A stretch of DNA of 64,000 nucleotides from Alphaproteobacteria bacterium. Lineage in GTDB: Bacteria; Pseudomonadota; Alphaproteobacteria; JANQMY01. The notes below the pieces were generated by a model that saw nothing but the letters and a program-made list of their open reading frames with translations, searched no databases and was not told the DNA's origin. Below are positions 8,883 to 17,764 of the stretch, one piece after another. Positions within the stretch are counted from its first letter, which is position 1; each line of letters opens with the position of its first letter. The stretch is from assembly GCA_965228775.1 (NCBI GenBank), contig OZ245840.1, positions 2,760,434-2,824,433 on the forward strand. The letters are read 5' to 3'. The position numbers were made by a program, and so were the translations under genes.

Positions 8883-10511
8883 TTAAGCGAGGTCGACGCC
8901 GCGATAATGATCCTCTGCGGCTTTTCTCAAATACGATGTGTATTTCGGCCCGGTCCCAAAATAGGCTTGATAGCGCACTTTGCCCACTTCGCGTCCGGCC
9001 ACGTTTGAATTGTAACCGGTGAACCAGCCCTGGCTTCGGCGCAGCAACAGCCCGTCATAGGTCTTCTTGACCACATCCTGCCATTCCTGCTCCGCATCTG
9101 CGTCCGCTTCAATCCGCGTCACGCCGTTTTCGATGGCGTGGCTCACAAGGCCGGTAACCCAATTGACGCCGTTTTCAATGGCGCGGGGATAGTTGGTGGA
9201 ACCGGAAGCGCTTTGCGGGCCGGCCACCATCAACATGTTCGGGAAGCCACGGGTGAGGATACCCAAATAGGTGCTGGGCCCATCGCGCCATTTGTCCGCC
9301 AGCAGATCGCCATTGGTGCCGCGAATGGTCAACCGGTCGAAGGCGCCGGTCACCGCATCGAACCCCGTGGCATAGACGATCACGTCTAGATCGAAATGGC
9401 CTTCGGACGTTTGAATGCCGGTGGGCGTGATGCGCTCGATCGGCGTTTCCGTTATGTCGACGAGCGTTACATTATCTCTGTTGTACACTTCGAAGTAACG
9501 CGTTTCGAGCGGCAAGCGCTGCGTGCCGAAGCCATGGTCTTTCGGGATAAGTTTTTCCGCCACCTCGGGGTCGTGAACGCGCTGGCGAATGCGGTTTGCA
9601 ACATAGTCGGAGATTTCCCGGTTGGCTTCTTCATCGATGAAGATTTCGCGGAAATTCCCTGCAAGCAGCGCGAACCCCGGCGTGTCGTAAAGCTTGTCCC
9701 ACAAAGCGATCCGTTCTTCCTTCGTCACATTCCAGAAGCCCCGCCGGTCAGGCACATGCTCGAAGCCGCCCGGCGATTTCGCGCAATTGGCAAAAATCTC
9801 GTCGTACCGGCTGCGTATATCCGCCATTTCCTCTTTTGAGATTGGCGCATTATTGAGCGGCGTGCTCCAATTCGGACGGCGCTGGAAAACCGTCAGCTCA
9901 CTGACTTTATCCGCAATCTCGGCAATGACTTGAATGCCCGTGGCGCCGGTGCCGACCACACCCACGCGCTTGCCCTCCAGAGAAACCGGTTCCTTCGGCC
10001 ACCAATACGTATGAAACGCCTCACCTTCGAAATCATCCATGCCCTTCAAACGTGGCGGCGTCGGCACGGACAGAACACCGATGCCAGTGATCACGAAACG
10101 GGATCTATACGTCTCACCATTTTCAAGATCGATCTGCCACTGGCGCGCATCTTCATCCCAGGTCATGGCCTGGACGCGTGCGTTAAACCGCATATGGCGC
10201 CGAAGGCTGAACTTGTCAGCCACATAGTTCAGATATCGGAGGTTTTCCGGCTGGGGCGAAAAACGTTCCGTCCAATGCCATTCGTCCAGCACTTCTTGCG
10301 AGAAGGAATAGCCATAGGTGTAGCTTTCGGAATCGAAGCGTGCCCCGGGGTAGCGGTTGCGATACCACGTGCCGCCCAGATCTTCGTCGCCTTCCAGCAC
10401 AATGGCATTCACGCCCAGATCGGTCAGCCGCTTGATTTGATAAATGCCGGCGACGCCCGCCCCGACGACAATGACCTCAAATTCCTGCGTGTCCGCCATA
10501 ATGATACTCAT
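8883..10511 (-). CDS. Baeyer-Villiger (type I flavin-containing) monooxygenase
   Basis: Rossmann motif VVGAGVAGI and the BVMO fingerprint FEGEAFHTYWWP, plus a second GxGxxG (VVGTGATGIQ). The start may be the M5 codon at 10499. Confidence 0.8.
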   Translation of the reverse strand: MSIIMADTQEFEVIVVGAGVAGIYQIKRLTDLGVNAIVLEGDEDLGGTWYRNRYPGARFDSESYTYGYSFSQEVLDEWHWTERFSPQPENLRYLNYVADKFSLRRHMRFNARVQAMTWDEDARQWQIDLENGETYRSRFVITGIGVLSVPTPPRLKGMDDFEGEAFHTYWWPKEPVSLEGKRVGVVGTGATGIQVIAEIADKVSELTVFQRRPNWSTPLNNAPISKEEMADIRSRYDEIFANCAKSPGGFEHVPDRRGFWNVTKEERIALWDKLYDTPGFALLAGNFREIFIDEEANREISDYVANRIRQRVHDPEVAEKLIPKDHGFGTQRLPLETRYFEVYNRDNVTLVDITETPIERITPTGIQTSEGHFDLDVIVYATGFDAVTGAFDRLTIRGTNGDLLADKWRDGPSTYLGILTRGFPNMLMVAGPQSASGSTNYPRAIENGVNWVTGLVSHAIENGVTRIEADADAEQEWQDVVKKTYDGLLLRRSQGWFTGYNSNVAGREVGKVRYQAYFGTGPKYTSYLRKAAEDHYRGVDLA

Positions 10512-10553
10512 TCCTTAGACCAATTGGCCTTAGACCAATCGGTGTTTCCGCCG

Positions 10554-11162
10554 TTACCCCAGCTCTAGAACACCCTCAATGGCTTCATCAAGGGTCGCGT
10601 CGGGATTGGCCTGCTGATAGGCACCATGCATCCACAGATTGGCAAGCCCGTAGACAGCCGCCCACAAAGACGCCGCCAGGAGTTTTGCTTCCATGTGAGG
10701 CTTCCATCCTTTGGCCTGCGCGTGCTTTACGAAGCGGTTAAAGCCTTCGGTCGCGGCGCGGGATTCGCGCCGCAGCGCCTCGTTATTGTGGCGCAATGTG
10801 CTGGTGCGGATGATCAGGGAAAACAGGCCCGGATGTTCAAGCGCGCAATGGACATACGCCCGGGCCGTGGCAATCAGAGGCGCCTTCGGATCGTCTGTGT
10901 CGCGCACCTGCGCCATGGCGCCGGACACCGCCTCGGACACGATTCTGTATCCCACCGCCGCCACTTCCGCCTTGAGGTCATCCAGATTGTCGAAATGCCG
11001 GGCGGGCGCCCCGTGGGAAACCCCAGCGCCGCGCGCCACGGCCCGCAATGTGAGTGCCTCGATGCCTTCTCGCTCCAGAATCTCTAAGGCCACCGACACA
11101 AGCCGGGCGCGCAGGCCATCTCCCCCCATCGAAGAAGGTTTTGTAACAAGGATTGCTTCCAT
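10554..11162 (-). CDS. TetR/AcrR-family transcriptional regulator
   Basis: N-terminal HTH LRARLVSVALEILEREGIEALTLRAVARGAGVSHGAPARHF is classic TetR_N. Confidence 0.8.
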   Translation of the reverse strand: MEAILVTKPSSMGGDGLRARLVSVALEILEREGIEALTLRAVARGAGVSHGAPARHFDNLDDLKAEVAAVGYRIVSEAVSGAMAQVRDTDDPKAPLIATARAYVHCALEHPGLFSLIIRTSTLRHNNEALRRESRAATEGFNRFVKHAQAKGWKPHMEAKLLAASLWAAVYGLANLWMHGAYQQANPDATLDEAIEGVLELG

Positions 11163-11200
11163 GTTGACACTGTCTACAGAGTTGAGTAGACAGTGTCAAC
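11163..11200. promoter_or_regulatory. Perfect 15-bp inverted repeat GTTGACACTGTCTAC-N8-GTAGACAGTGTCAAC in the divergent tetR/P450 intergenic region; probable TetR operator
   Basis: Seen directly. It abuts the tetR start codon and lies 36 nt upstream of the P450 start. Confidence 0.55.
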
Positions 11201-11235
11201 AACGTTGGAACCCAAGGCAAAAGGAAAGTTCGTCC

Positions 11236-12561
11236 ATGGGAGAACATGTTCGCGAGATTGTGCTGGAACGGCCAATCCCCAGCTACCGCAAACCTGCGCG
11301 GCCCTATTACCTGGAGCAGAACGCAACCGTCCCGCCCGCCGAAGATTTGGACCTGGAGACACTGGATCTGGTGGATGTGGAAGTCTGGCGGCAGGACAAA
11401 ATGTGGGACCGTTTCGCCCGCCTGCGCCGGGAAGACCCGCTGCATTGGACGCCCGAAAGCGTGACGGGCCCCTATTGGTCCGTGACACGCTACCAAGATG
11501 TGATGGCGATCGATACGGATCACACCCGTTTTTCGTCGGATGGCAAATATGGCGGCATCGTCCTGGGTCCGCCGGCGGATGGGTTTGATGCCACCAGCTT
11601 CATCACCTCCGACGAGCCGGTGCATTCCGAGCAGCGCAAGACGGTGCAACCCGGCGTCGCGCCAAACATGTTGCAAGCCTATGAGCCATTGATCCGTGAA
11701 CGGACGCAACGCGTGCTCGACAATCTGCCGGTGGGCGTGCCGTTTGACTGGGTAGACGCGGTTTCGATCGAACTTACCGCCATGATGCTGGCTACATTGC
11801 TGCACTACCCGCAGGAAAACCGCCGCCAGCTGACCCGCTGGTCCGACGTGACCACCAACCCCTTCGACAAAGATATCTGCCCCGGTGGGCGCGAGCAGTG
11901 GCTTCAGGAAATGGGTAATTGCCTCAAAACCTTCTCTGCCATTTTCGAAGAACGCAAAACGGCCGAGCCCGGCAATGATCTGCTGAGCCTGCTGGCCCAT
12001 GGCCCCGCCACGCGCAACCTCGACACCCAAGGCCTGCTGGGCAACACGCTGCTGCTGATCGTGGGCGGCAACGACACCACGCGCAACACCATGTCGGGCG
12101 GCCTTTATGCATTGAACAAATATCCCGGCGAATACGCCAAGCTGAAGGCAAACCCGGATCTCATTCCCAACATGGTATCGGAAATGATCCGCTGGCAGAC
12201 GCCGCTGGCCTATATGCGCCGCACCGCCCTGGAAGATGTGCCCTTGCATGGCAAGACCATCAAGAAGGGCGACCAGATCGCCATGTGGTACATTTCCGCC
12301 AACCGCGACGAAACCTTCTGGGAAGAAGACCCCAACCGGCTCATCATCGACCGCAAACAAGCCCGCAATCACATGTCGTTCGGCTTCGGTATTCACCGTT
12401 GCGTGGGCAACCGTATTGCCGAATTGCAATTGCGGATTTTGTGGGAAGAGCTGTTGCAGCGCTTCGACCATGTGGAAGTGGTGGACCAGCCGAACTTCGT
12501 CGCTAGTTCCTTCGTGCACGGATATACGTGGCTGCCGGTCATCTGCCATCCGAAGGGATGA
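11236..12561 (+). CDS. Cytochrome P450 monooxygenase (possibly CYP153-like)
   Basis: Heme-binding loop FGFGIHRCVGNRIAE and the EXXR region. The 616-aa track ORF (10711-12561) is truncated to the ATG at 11236, which has AAGGAAAG upstream; the longer frame overlaps tetR. Confidence 0.85.
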   Translation: MGEHVREIVLERPIPSYRKPARPYYLEQNATVPPAEDLDLETLDLVDVEVWRQDKMWDRFARLRREDPLHWTPESVTGPYWSVTRYQDVMAIDTDHTRFSSDGKYGGIVLGPPADGFDATSFITSDEPVHSEQRKTVQPGVAPNMLQAYEPLIRERTQRVLDNLPVGVPFDWVDAVSIELTAMMLATLLHYPQENRRQLTRWSDVTTNPFDKDICPGGREQWLQEMGNCLKTFSAIFEERKTAEPGNDLLSLLAHGPATRNLDTQGLLGNTLLLIVGGNDTTRNTMSGGLYALNKYPGEYAKLKANPDLIPNMVSEMIRWQTPLAYMRRTALEDVPLHGKTIKKGDQIAMWYISANRDETFWEEDPNRLIIDRKQARNHMSFGFGIHRCVGNRIAELQLRILWEELLQRFDHVEVVDQPNFVASSFVHGYTWLPVICHPKG

Positions 12562-12845
12562 CGGTTAAGTCGGAAGAGAATCTATCAGCCGTCATCACGA
12601 GGAGCGCTTGCGCGACGACGTGATCCAGAGCAGCTTGCTCAGCGTGAGTGGCCCTGGATCGCCGCGCTGGCTAGGCACCAATCAAGAAACTTTTGCACAA
12701 CCTGGCCGATACGTAGCAGATCTGCATGACGCTACGTAATTTGCAACGCTGAAGGGGTTGGCGGGGCCGCTTCGGAATGAGAAAATACGCCCAACCAGAC
12801 ACCACTTTGGCGCGGCGACACACGTCGCAGGAAAGGCACAGTCTC

Positions 12846-14207
12846 ATGTCCACACAGCTGAAAAATTGGCCCGAACAGGAAACCCGCGGCACCCGCATTC
12901 CCGGATACCGCTATACGTCGCGGGAGTTTTTCGAGAAAGAATGGGAAGGCATGTGGACGAAGGTCTGGCTGTTGCTGGGCCGGGAATCCGAACTGCCTAA
13001 TCCCGGCGATTGGCAGATGGAAGAGGTGGGCCCGGAAGAAATTCTGATGGTGCGCCAGACCGACGGCAGCGTGAAGGCGTTCTACAATGTATGCCAGCAC
13101 CGCGGAAACCCGCTGGTGGACGAGAAGAAAGGCCATGTGCTTCGGAACTTTGTCTGCAAGTATCATTCCTGGTCCTTCATGCTGGACGGGGCGCTGAAAT
13201 TTGCTCCGGACAAGGAAGATTTTCCGGAAGGCAATCCGTGCGGCAAAGTGCGCTTGGAAGAATTGCGCTGTGAAACCTTCGCCGGCTTTATCTGGGTCAA
13301 TATGGACCCCCATTGCGGCAGCCTGAGACAATTCCTCGGCCCCATCTGGGACGAATGGGAAGCCCGCGAAGTGCACACTTGGACACGCACCATGGCCAAC
13401 ACCATGTGGCTGCCTTGCAATTGGAAAGTGGTGCTGGACAATTTCAATGAAAGCTATCACGTGCCCACGGTGCACATGCAGGCAACGCCCGAAACCGACC
13501 GCACCAAAGTAAGCGCGAACATCAACACCTATTACAAGGAAACGCGCTTCGACCTGTCCGACGAAGGCCATAACCGCATGGTGATGAAGGGCGGCTATGG
13601 CAATGGCCAAACCGACCGGGACGGCAACATCACGGAACCCCATGCAAGCCTATTGCGCTATTGGGACATTGACCCGGCCGACTTCAAGGGCCGCCCGGAA
13701 GCCACCCGCCAGGCGCTGCAAGAAGCGAAACGCAGGCTAGGCCCCGGCCGAGGATACACCCATTATGCCAATGTACCGGACGACCAGCTGACGGATGCGT
13801 TCCACTACACCCTGTTTCCGAACTTTGCGGTTTCTCTGTGGTCGGACGGTTTTCATTTCTTACGCGCCCGGCCCCATTACAATGACCCGGAACAATGCCT
13901 GTTCGACAATTGGTGGTATGCAAGCCCGGCATCTTTGAACGAAACCTTTGTTCAGCCTTCCGCCAATATGGGCGAGACGACGCCCGGCATGGACGATGTG
14001 GACGTCAACCTGATGACCTATCCCGAAGGGTTTATCGGCCCGGCCATTGACGAAGACGTGGATGTGTTCGTCACCCAGCAACGGGGCTTCCGCTCGCGCG
14101 GCTTTAAGGGCGTCTATCTTTCCGGCCAGGAAAAACGCATCCGCCGCTATCACGAGCTGATCGACGATCACATCGAAGCCAATACCGGCGCCATCTTCGA
14201 GGATTGA
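12846..14207 (+). CDS. Rieske [2Fe-2S] non-heme iron oxygenase, alpha (catalytic) subunit
   Basis: Rieske motif CQHRG...CKYHSW and the mononuclear iron region. Start ATG at 12846 (MSTQLKNWPE) has AGGAAAGG upstream. Confidence 0.8.
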   Translation: MSTQLKNWPEQETRGTRIPGYRYTSREFFEKEWEGMWTKVWLLLGRESELPNPGDWQMEEVGPEEILMVRQTDGSVKAFYNVCQHRGNPLVDEKKGHVLRNFVCKYHSWSFMLDGALKFAPDKEDFPEGNPCGKVRLEELRCETFAGFIWVNMDPHCGSLRQFLGPIWDEWEAREVHTWTRTMANTMWLPCNWKVVLDNFNESYHVPTVHMQATPETDRTKVSANINTYYKETRFDLSDEGHNRMVMKGGYGNGQTDRDGNITEPHASLLRYWDIDPADFKGRPEATRQALQEAKRRLGPGRGYTHYANVPDDQLTDAFHYTLFPNFAVSLWSDGFHFLRARPHYNDPEQCLFDNWWYASPASLNETFVQPSANMGETTPGMDDVDVNLMTYPEGFIGPAIDEDVDVFVTQQRGFRSRGFKGVYLSGQEKRIRRYHELIDDHIEANTGAIFED

Positions 14208-14243
14208 GGCAAGAGCGCAGCAGGTGGGGGTACCGATAAATGA

Positions 14244-15140
14244 GTGCCCTGTCATTGGAAGCCGAATGTGGTATGCCGTCGGCTGACAAAAGGAACCGAT
14301 GTGACCGACCACACCCTTTTCCACACGCTCAGCAAACTCACCGCCAAGCCCGCCCTGTTCGACGCTTTCGATACGGGCGCGCTGTGGACCGACCCCCATG
14401 TGGCAGAAGAGATGCTGAAGTGCCATTTGGACGACACCAACGCGCTCGCCTCCCGCCCGGCCGGGGAGATTGACGCCATGGTACAATGGCTTGACCGGCA
14501 CCTGGGCCTTAAGGGCAAATCGCTGACGGACCTTGGCTGCGGCCCGGGCCTTTACGCAGCCCGGTTCCAGAAGGCGGGGGCGCGGGTCATCGGGATCGAC
14601 CAGTCCGAACGGTCCGTCACCTATGCCAAGGCACAGAATATTCCCGATACGGAATTTCGCGTGGGCAACTACAACGCAGGCGCCGTGCCGCCCTCAGACA
14701 TTGTGACCCTGATCTATGGCGATGTGTGTGCCATGCCCCCCGGGCACCGGGCATCGCTGTTCAAGCGCGTGCACGCCGCGCTGCCGGCCGGCGGCGTATT
14801 CGTGCTGGATGCCTCCGCGGCGTCCTGCTTCGACGGGTTCTCGGAAACGGTGGTCGTCGAGCCGGACATGGATGGCGGCTTTTGGGCGCCAGCACCTTAC
14901 GTGGGCTTGAAAGCCACATTCCTCTATCCCGGCGCCAAGGCGGTTCTGGACCGCTATTTGATTGTCGAGCGGGAACGCCACCGCTGGGTTCATAATTGGC
15001 TTCAATACATGACGCCCGAACAGCTCTCCCAAGAGCTTGCGGAGGCGGGGTTTAACGCGGGCGATGCGTTCGACGTGCTCACCGGCGCGCCGTGGCGCGA
15101 CGACCAGGAGATGTTCTGCCTGCTGGCGGCGAAGGCCTAA
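14244..15140 (+). CDS. Class I SAM-dependent methyltransferase
   Basis: Motif I LTDLGCGPGLYAARF and the following acidic-loop pattern. The start codon is uncertain. Confidence 0.6.
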   Translation: MPCHWKPNVVCRRLTKGTDVTDHTLFHTLSKLTAKPALFDAFDTGALWTDPHVAEEMLKCHLDDTNALASRPAGEIDAMVQWLDRHLGLKGKSLTDLGCGPGLYAARFQKAGARVIGIDQSERSVTYAKAQNIPDTEFRVGNYNAGAVPPSDIVTLIYGDVCAMPPGHRASLFKRVHAALPAGGVFVLDASAASCFDGFSETVVVEPDMDGGFWAPAPYVGLKATFLYPGAKAVLDRYLIVERERHRWVHNWLQYMTPEQLSQELAEAGFNAGDAFDVLTGAPWRDDQEMFCLLAAKA

Positions 15141-15144
15141 CCCG

Positions 15145-15504
15145 CTATCTCACATAAGACTTGATGATCATGAGGACGCCGAGGGCACCCAGCAAAATGA
15201 TGAAGCCATAGGCAAACACACCGGGTTCCGCTTGCGGTGCCGCGGGCATGAACAACCGGAAAAGCCCGCCCGCCACCAAGAGCCAACCGACCACGGTGAT
15301 ACTGAGCGTCCAGAGAGGACGCCACCGGCTGTGAAAGCGGATGATCGCCATGCCGGCCACGAACAGGATCATGCCATTCAGATAGGTGAGCGCCGGCAGG
15401 TTCTCTGACCAGATCCCGAAATTGATCCATTCAGAAAGGGTGACCACGATCAATGTGGGCCCCAGCACGGCACCGATATTTCGCGACAGGTGATCGTCGG
15501 TCAT
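15145..15504 (-). CDS. Hypothetical integral membrane protein (4 TM)
   Basis: 119 aa, strongly hydrophobic helices. Confidence 0.45.
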   Translation of the reverse strand: MTDDHLSRNIGAVLGPTLIVVTLSEWINFGIWSENLPALTYLNGMILFVAGMAIIRFHSRWRPLWTLSITVVGWLLVAGGLFRLFMPAAPQAEPGVFAYGFIILLGALGVLMIIKSYVR

Positions 15505-15515
15505 GGCGCCAATGA

Positions 15516-16001
15516 TCAGTCCCGAAAATTCACATATTGCAGCGGCTGGCCGAGGCCCATGTCCTTCACATGCTGGATGACCGCTTGCAGATCATCGCGC
15601 TTCTTGCCCGTGACGCGCAGCTCGTCACCCTGGATCGCCACCTGCACCTTCATCTTTGAGCCTTTGATGTCCTTGACGATCTTCTTGCCCAATTCCTTAT
15701 CGATGCCCTGACGGATGTTGACGGTCTGACGCACGGCCTGGCCGGCGGCCGGTTCCGGCGTTTGATAATCCAGCACGCCATGGTCGATGTTGCGCTTCGC
15801 CAAATGGCCCTGCAGCACCTCGTGCATCTGTTTCAATTTCAGATCGTCATCCGCATCGATGGTGAGCACACCTTCCTTATGTTCGATCTTGGAATTGGAG
15901 CCTTTGAAGTCATAACGCTGGCCGATTTCGCGCATCACATTGTTGATGGCGTTATCCACTTCGGCGAGGTCGGTTTTGGAGACGATATCGAATGAAGGCA
16001 T
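15516..16001 (-). CDS. yajQ: YajQ-family (UPF0234) nucleotide / cyclic-di-GMP-binding protein
   Basis: Near-colinear by-eye match to E. coli YajQ (MPSFDIVS...VAIQGDELRVTGKKRDDLQAV...GQPLQYVNFRD). Confidence 0.85.
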   Translation of the reverse strand: MPSFDIVSKTDLAEVDNAINNVMREIGQRYDFKGSNSKIEHKEGVLTIDADDDLKLKQMHEVLQGHLAKRNIDHGVLDYQTPEPAAGQAVRQTVNIRQGIDKELGKKIVKDIKGSKMKVQVAIQGDELRVTGKKRDDLQAVIQHVKDMGLGQPLQYVNFRD

Positions 16002-16246
16002 GGGGTGTTCCTTTTTTCTCTACCTAATAGGGCGCCACGCTTTAGGCAAGCCCCTGCCCACCTTCATGGCGAACGTGCCAGCACGCGAGGTGAACGCCAT
16101 GGCGTCCTAAGCCTCTGATTAAGCTCCTTTGTTTAGACTTATTTACAGAGTCTTAGGGAGAGATGTGGTCGCATATAAGGTGGCGGCGTTTACGATACGC
16201 CGCGGCCAGACCGGCGACAGAGACCGAGCTTGAGAAGTAGAAATCC

Positions 16247-16723
16247 ATGGCGTTAGCGGAAACACTCACGAACTGGGTTGAGACCCAGGCCCAAGGGGGC
16301 GTTGAGCTTGACCCCGATGGGGGCATCCAGTTGTTCGTGGCGGACGAGATGGCCGTTGATATCGGCCCGGCGGATAAGCCGGGGACCTTCGCCATGAGCG
16401 CTGCCGTGGGGGTGCTTCCCGAAAAGGATCGCGTTGCCGTCATGCAGGAACTTCTCATCGCGAATCTTGAGGGGATGGGCACAGGCGGTGCCAGCCTCTC
16501 GATTGATCGTTCGCGCGATGAAATTGTGCTCTGCCGCGTTTATCACACCGATGATCTGACCCCTGACGTTTTTGACGAAGAGTTTAGTGCCTTCGTCAAT
16601 GCGCTGCGGTTTTGGCGCGATCGCCACAAGGCGGGCAAACTTGGCACAGCGCCGACGGACGCGGACATGGAAGATCTTGAATCATTATCGCCGCTGAATG
16701 CGAAAGGCCTGGTTCGCGTTTAA
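16247..16723 (+). CDS. Type III secretion chaperone-like protein (CesT / YbjN superfamily)
   Basis: 158 aa, acidic, with the pattern LFVADEMAVDIGP...FAMSAAVGVLPEKDRVAVMQELLIANL...GASLSIDRSRDEIVLCRVYHTDDL characteristic of the class I chaperone / YbjN fold. No T3SS genes are in the window. Confidence 0.5.
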   Translation: MALAETLTNWVETQAQGGVELDPDGGIQLFVADEMAVDIGPADKPGTFAMSAAVGVLPEKDRVAVMQELLIANLEGMGTGGASLSIDRSRDEIVLCRVYHTDDLTPDVFDEEFSAFVNALRFWRDRHKAGKLGTAPTDADMEDLESLSPLNAKGLVRV

Positions 16724-16765
16724 CGAGGCCAGCGCGTTTAAGAGAATGGAAAGCAGAGGAAACTA

Positions 16766-17563
16766 ATGCCTGAGTGGGTTCAGCTTAACCGAAGTCAATT
16801 GATGCCGGCGGGCGCCGACCAGTCCTCCACCACCAAGGTGGAAGACGAAAAGCCTCTCGTCGAATTCAGGCAATCCAAAACCGGCGACAGGATCGAGTTG
16901 CGGACGCAGGCCCGTATCGACCGCAAACGCGGCGGTTTATTGGGGATTGGCCATGCGCTTTGGCGCAATTTGAAATTAGGCCTGGGAATAGACAGCAAAA
17001 ACACTCAGCGTGAGCAGGCGGAACATCGTTTTGATAAAAGCGTGAATACGCTTGTAGAGGACCTTGCTCAAGGTATCGTCACAAAACGCGACTTCATTGA
17101 TAAGCTCGATGAAATCCGCTCAGCTGCCGCAACGCTTACAGAAACAAGTCCTGACTCTTCCGGGCAAGACGCCAGTCAAAAATATTTTGCTGACAGGTTT
17201 GGTAAAAATCTCTCCCTATGTTTGCTCGCGATCGGAAATCAAAACCCCCTTATGTGCCTGCGGGTCATTGATACTTTAAAGCTGCGCTCTGACGACATGA
17301 AAATGGAAGATTATACTTCAAAGTTCATTCAGAATGCCGCCTTCGAGACGACAATTGACACCAAAGAAATGCGTGCGGATCGTAATACCGCATTCAAAAC
17401 CTATACGGACACAATCGACTCGGTTTTGGCTGAAACAACAAGCATCATGGTACAAGCGTTGGGTCCGCGGCCAGCCGCACAGCCCGCAAACCCGTCCGCA
17501 CAAGGACTTCCTCAAGACGCGCAGGACCCAGGGTTACCCAAGGCGGCCGACCGATCGCGGTGA
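16766..17563 (+). CDS. Hypothetical protein, low GC, effector-like (disordered N- and C-termini, helical core)
   Basis: GAGGA 6 nt upstream of the ATG. Lies 42 bp after the chaperone-like gene. About 50% GC versus 62% for the neighbour. No recognisable domain. Confidence 0.5.
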   Translation: MPEWVQLNRSQLMPAGADQSSTTKVEDEKPLVEFRQSKTGDRIELRTQARIDRKRGGLLGIGHALWRNLKLGLGIDSKNTQREQAEHRFDKSVNTLVEDLAQGIVTKRDFIDKLDEIRSAAATLTETSPDSSGQDASQKYFADRFGKNLSLCLLAIGNQNPLMCLRVIDTLKLRSDDMKMEDYTSKFIQNAAFETTIDTKEMRADRNTAFKTYTDTIDSVLAETTSIMVQALGPRPAAQPANPSAQGLPQDAQDPGLPKAADRSR

Positions 17564-17764
17564 CATACCCGTTCATCAACAGTTGATTTGAAGCTAGGTT
17601 GCGGCCACCGCGCATCAACGCTTCCCCACTCGGCCTTTAGAGCCCGGAGGGACGCGGCGCCCCTCTCTTCAAAACGCCTGTATCGACTTGATCTCACCAC
17701 TTCGGCATGAGACGCTTATAGGTTGAATCCTAGCGATCTACACAAACTTTGATAAACTTAGAGA

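Noticed and set aside
10978-12549. 523-aa minus-strand ORF antisense to the P450
   Set aside because: Antisense frame of a high-GC gene with no ribosome-binding site or domain signal. Likewise 12732-13643 (-) opposite the Rieske gene, 13860-14501 (-), 18608-19528 (-) opposite hsdR, 35653-36318 (-) and 36418-37251 (-) opposite amtB, 39339-40079 (-) opposite ftsK, and 46547-47029 (+) opposite the ABC gene.
10711-12561. 616-aa extended reading frame for the P450
   Set aside because: The N-terminal 175 codons overlap the tetR gene and its operator and are Ser/Arg-rich nonsense. The ATG at 11236 has a ribosome-binding site and matches P450 length.
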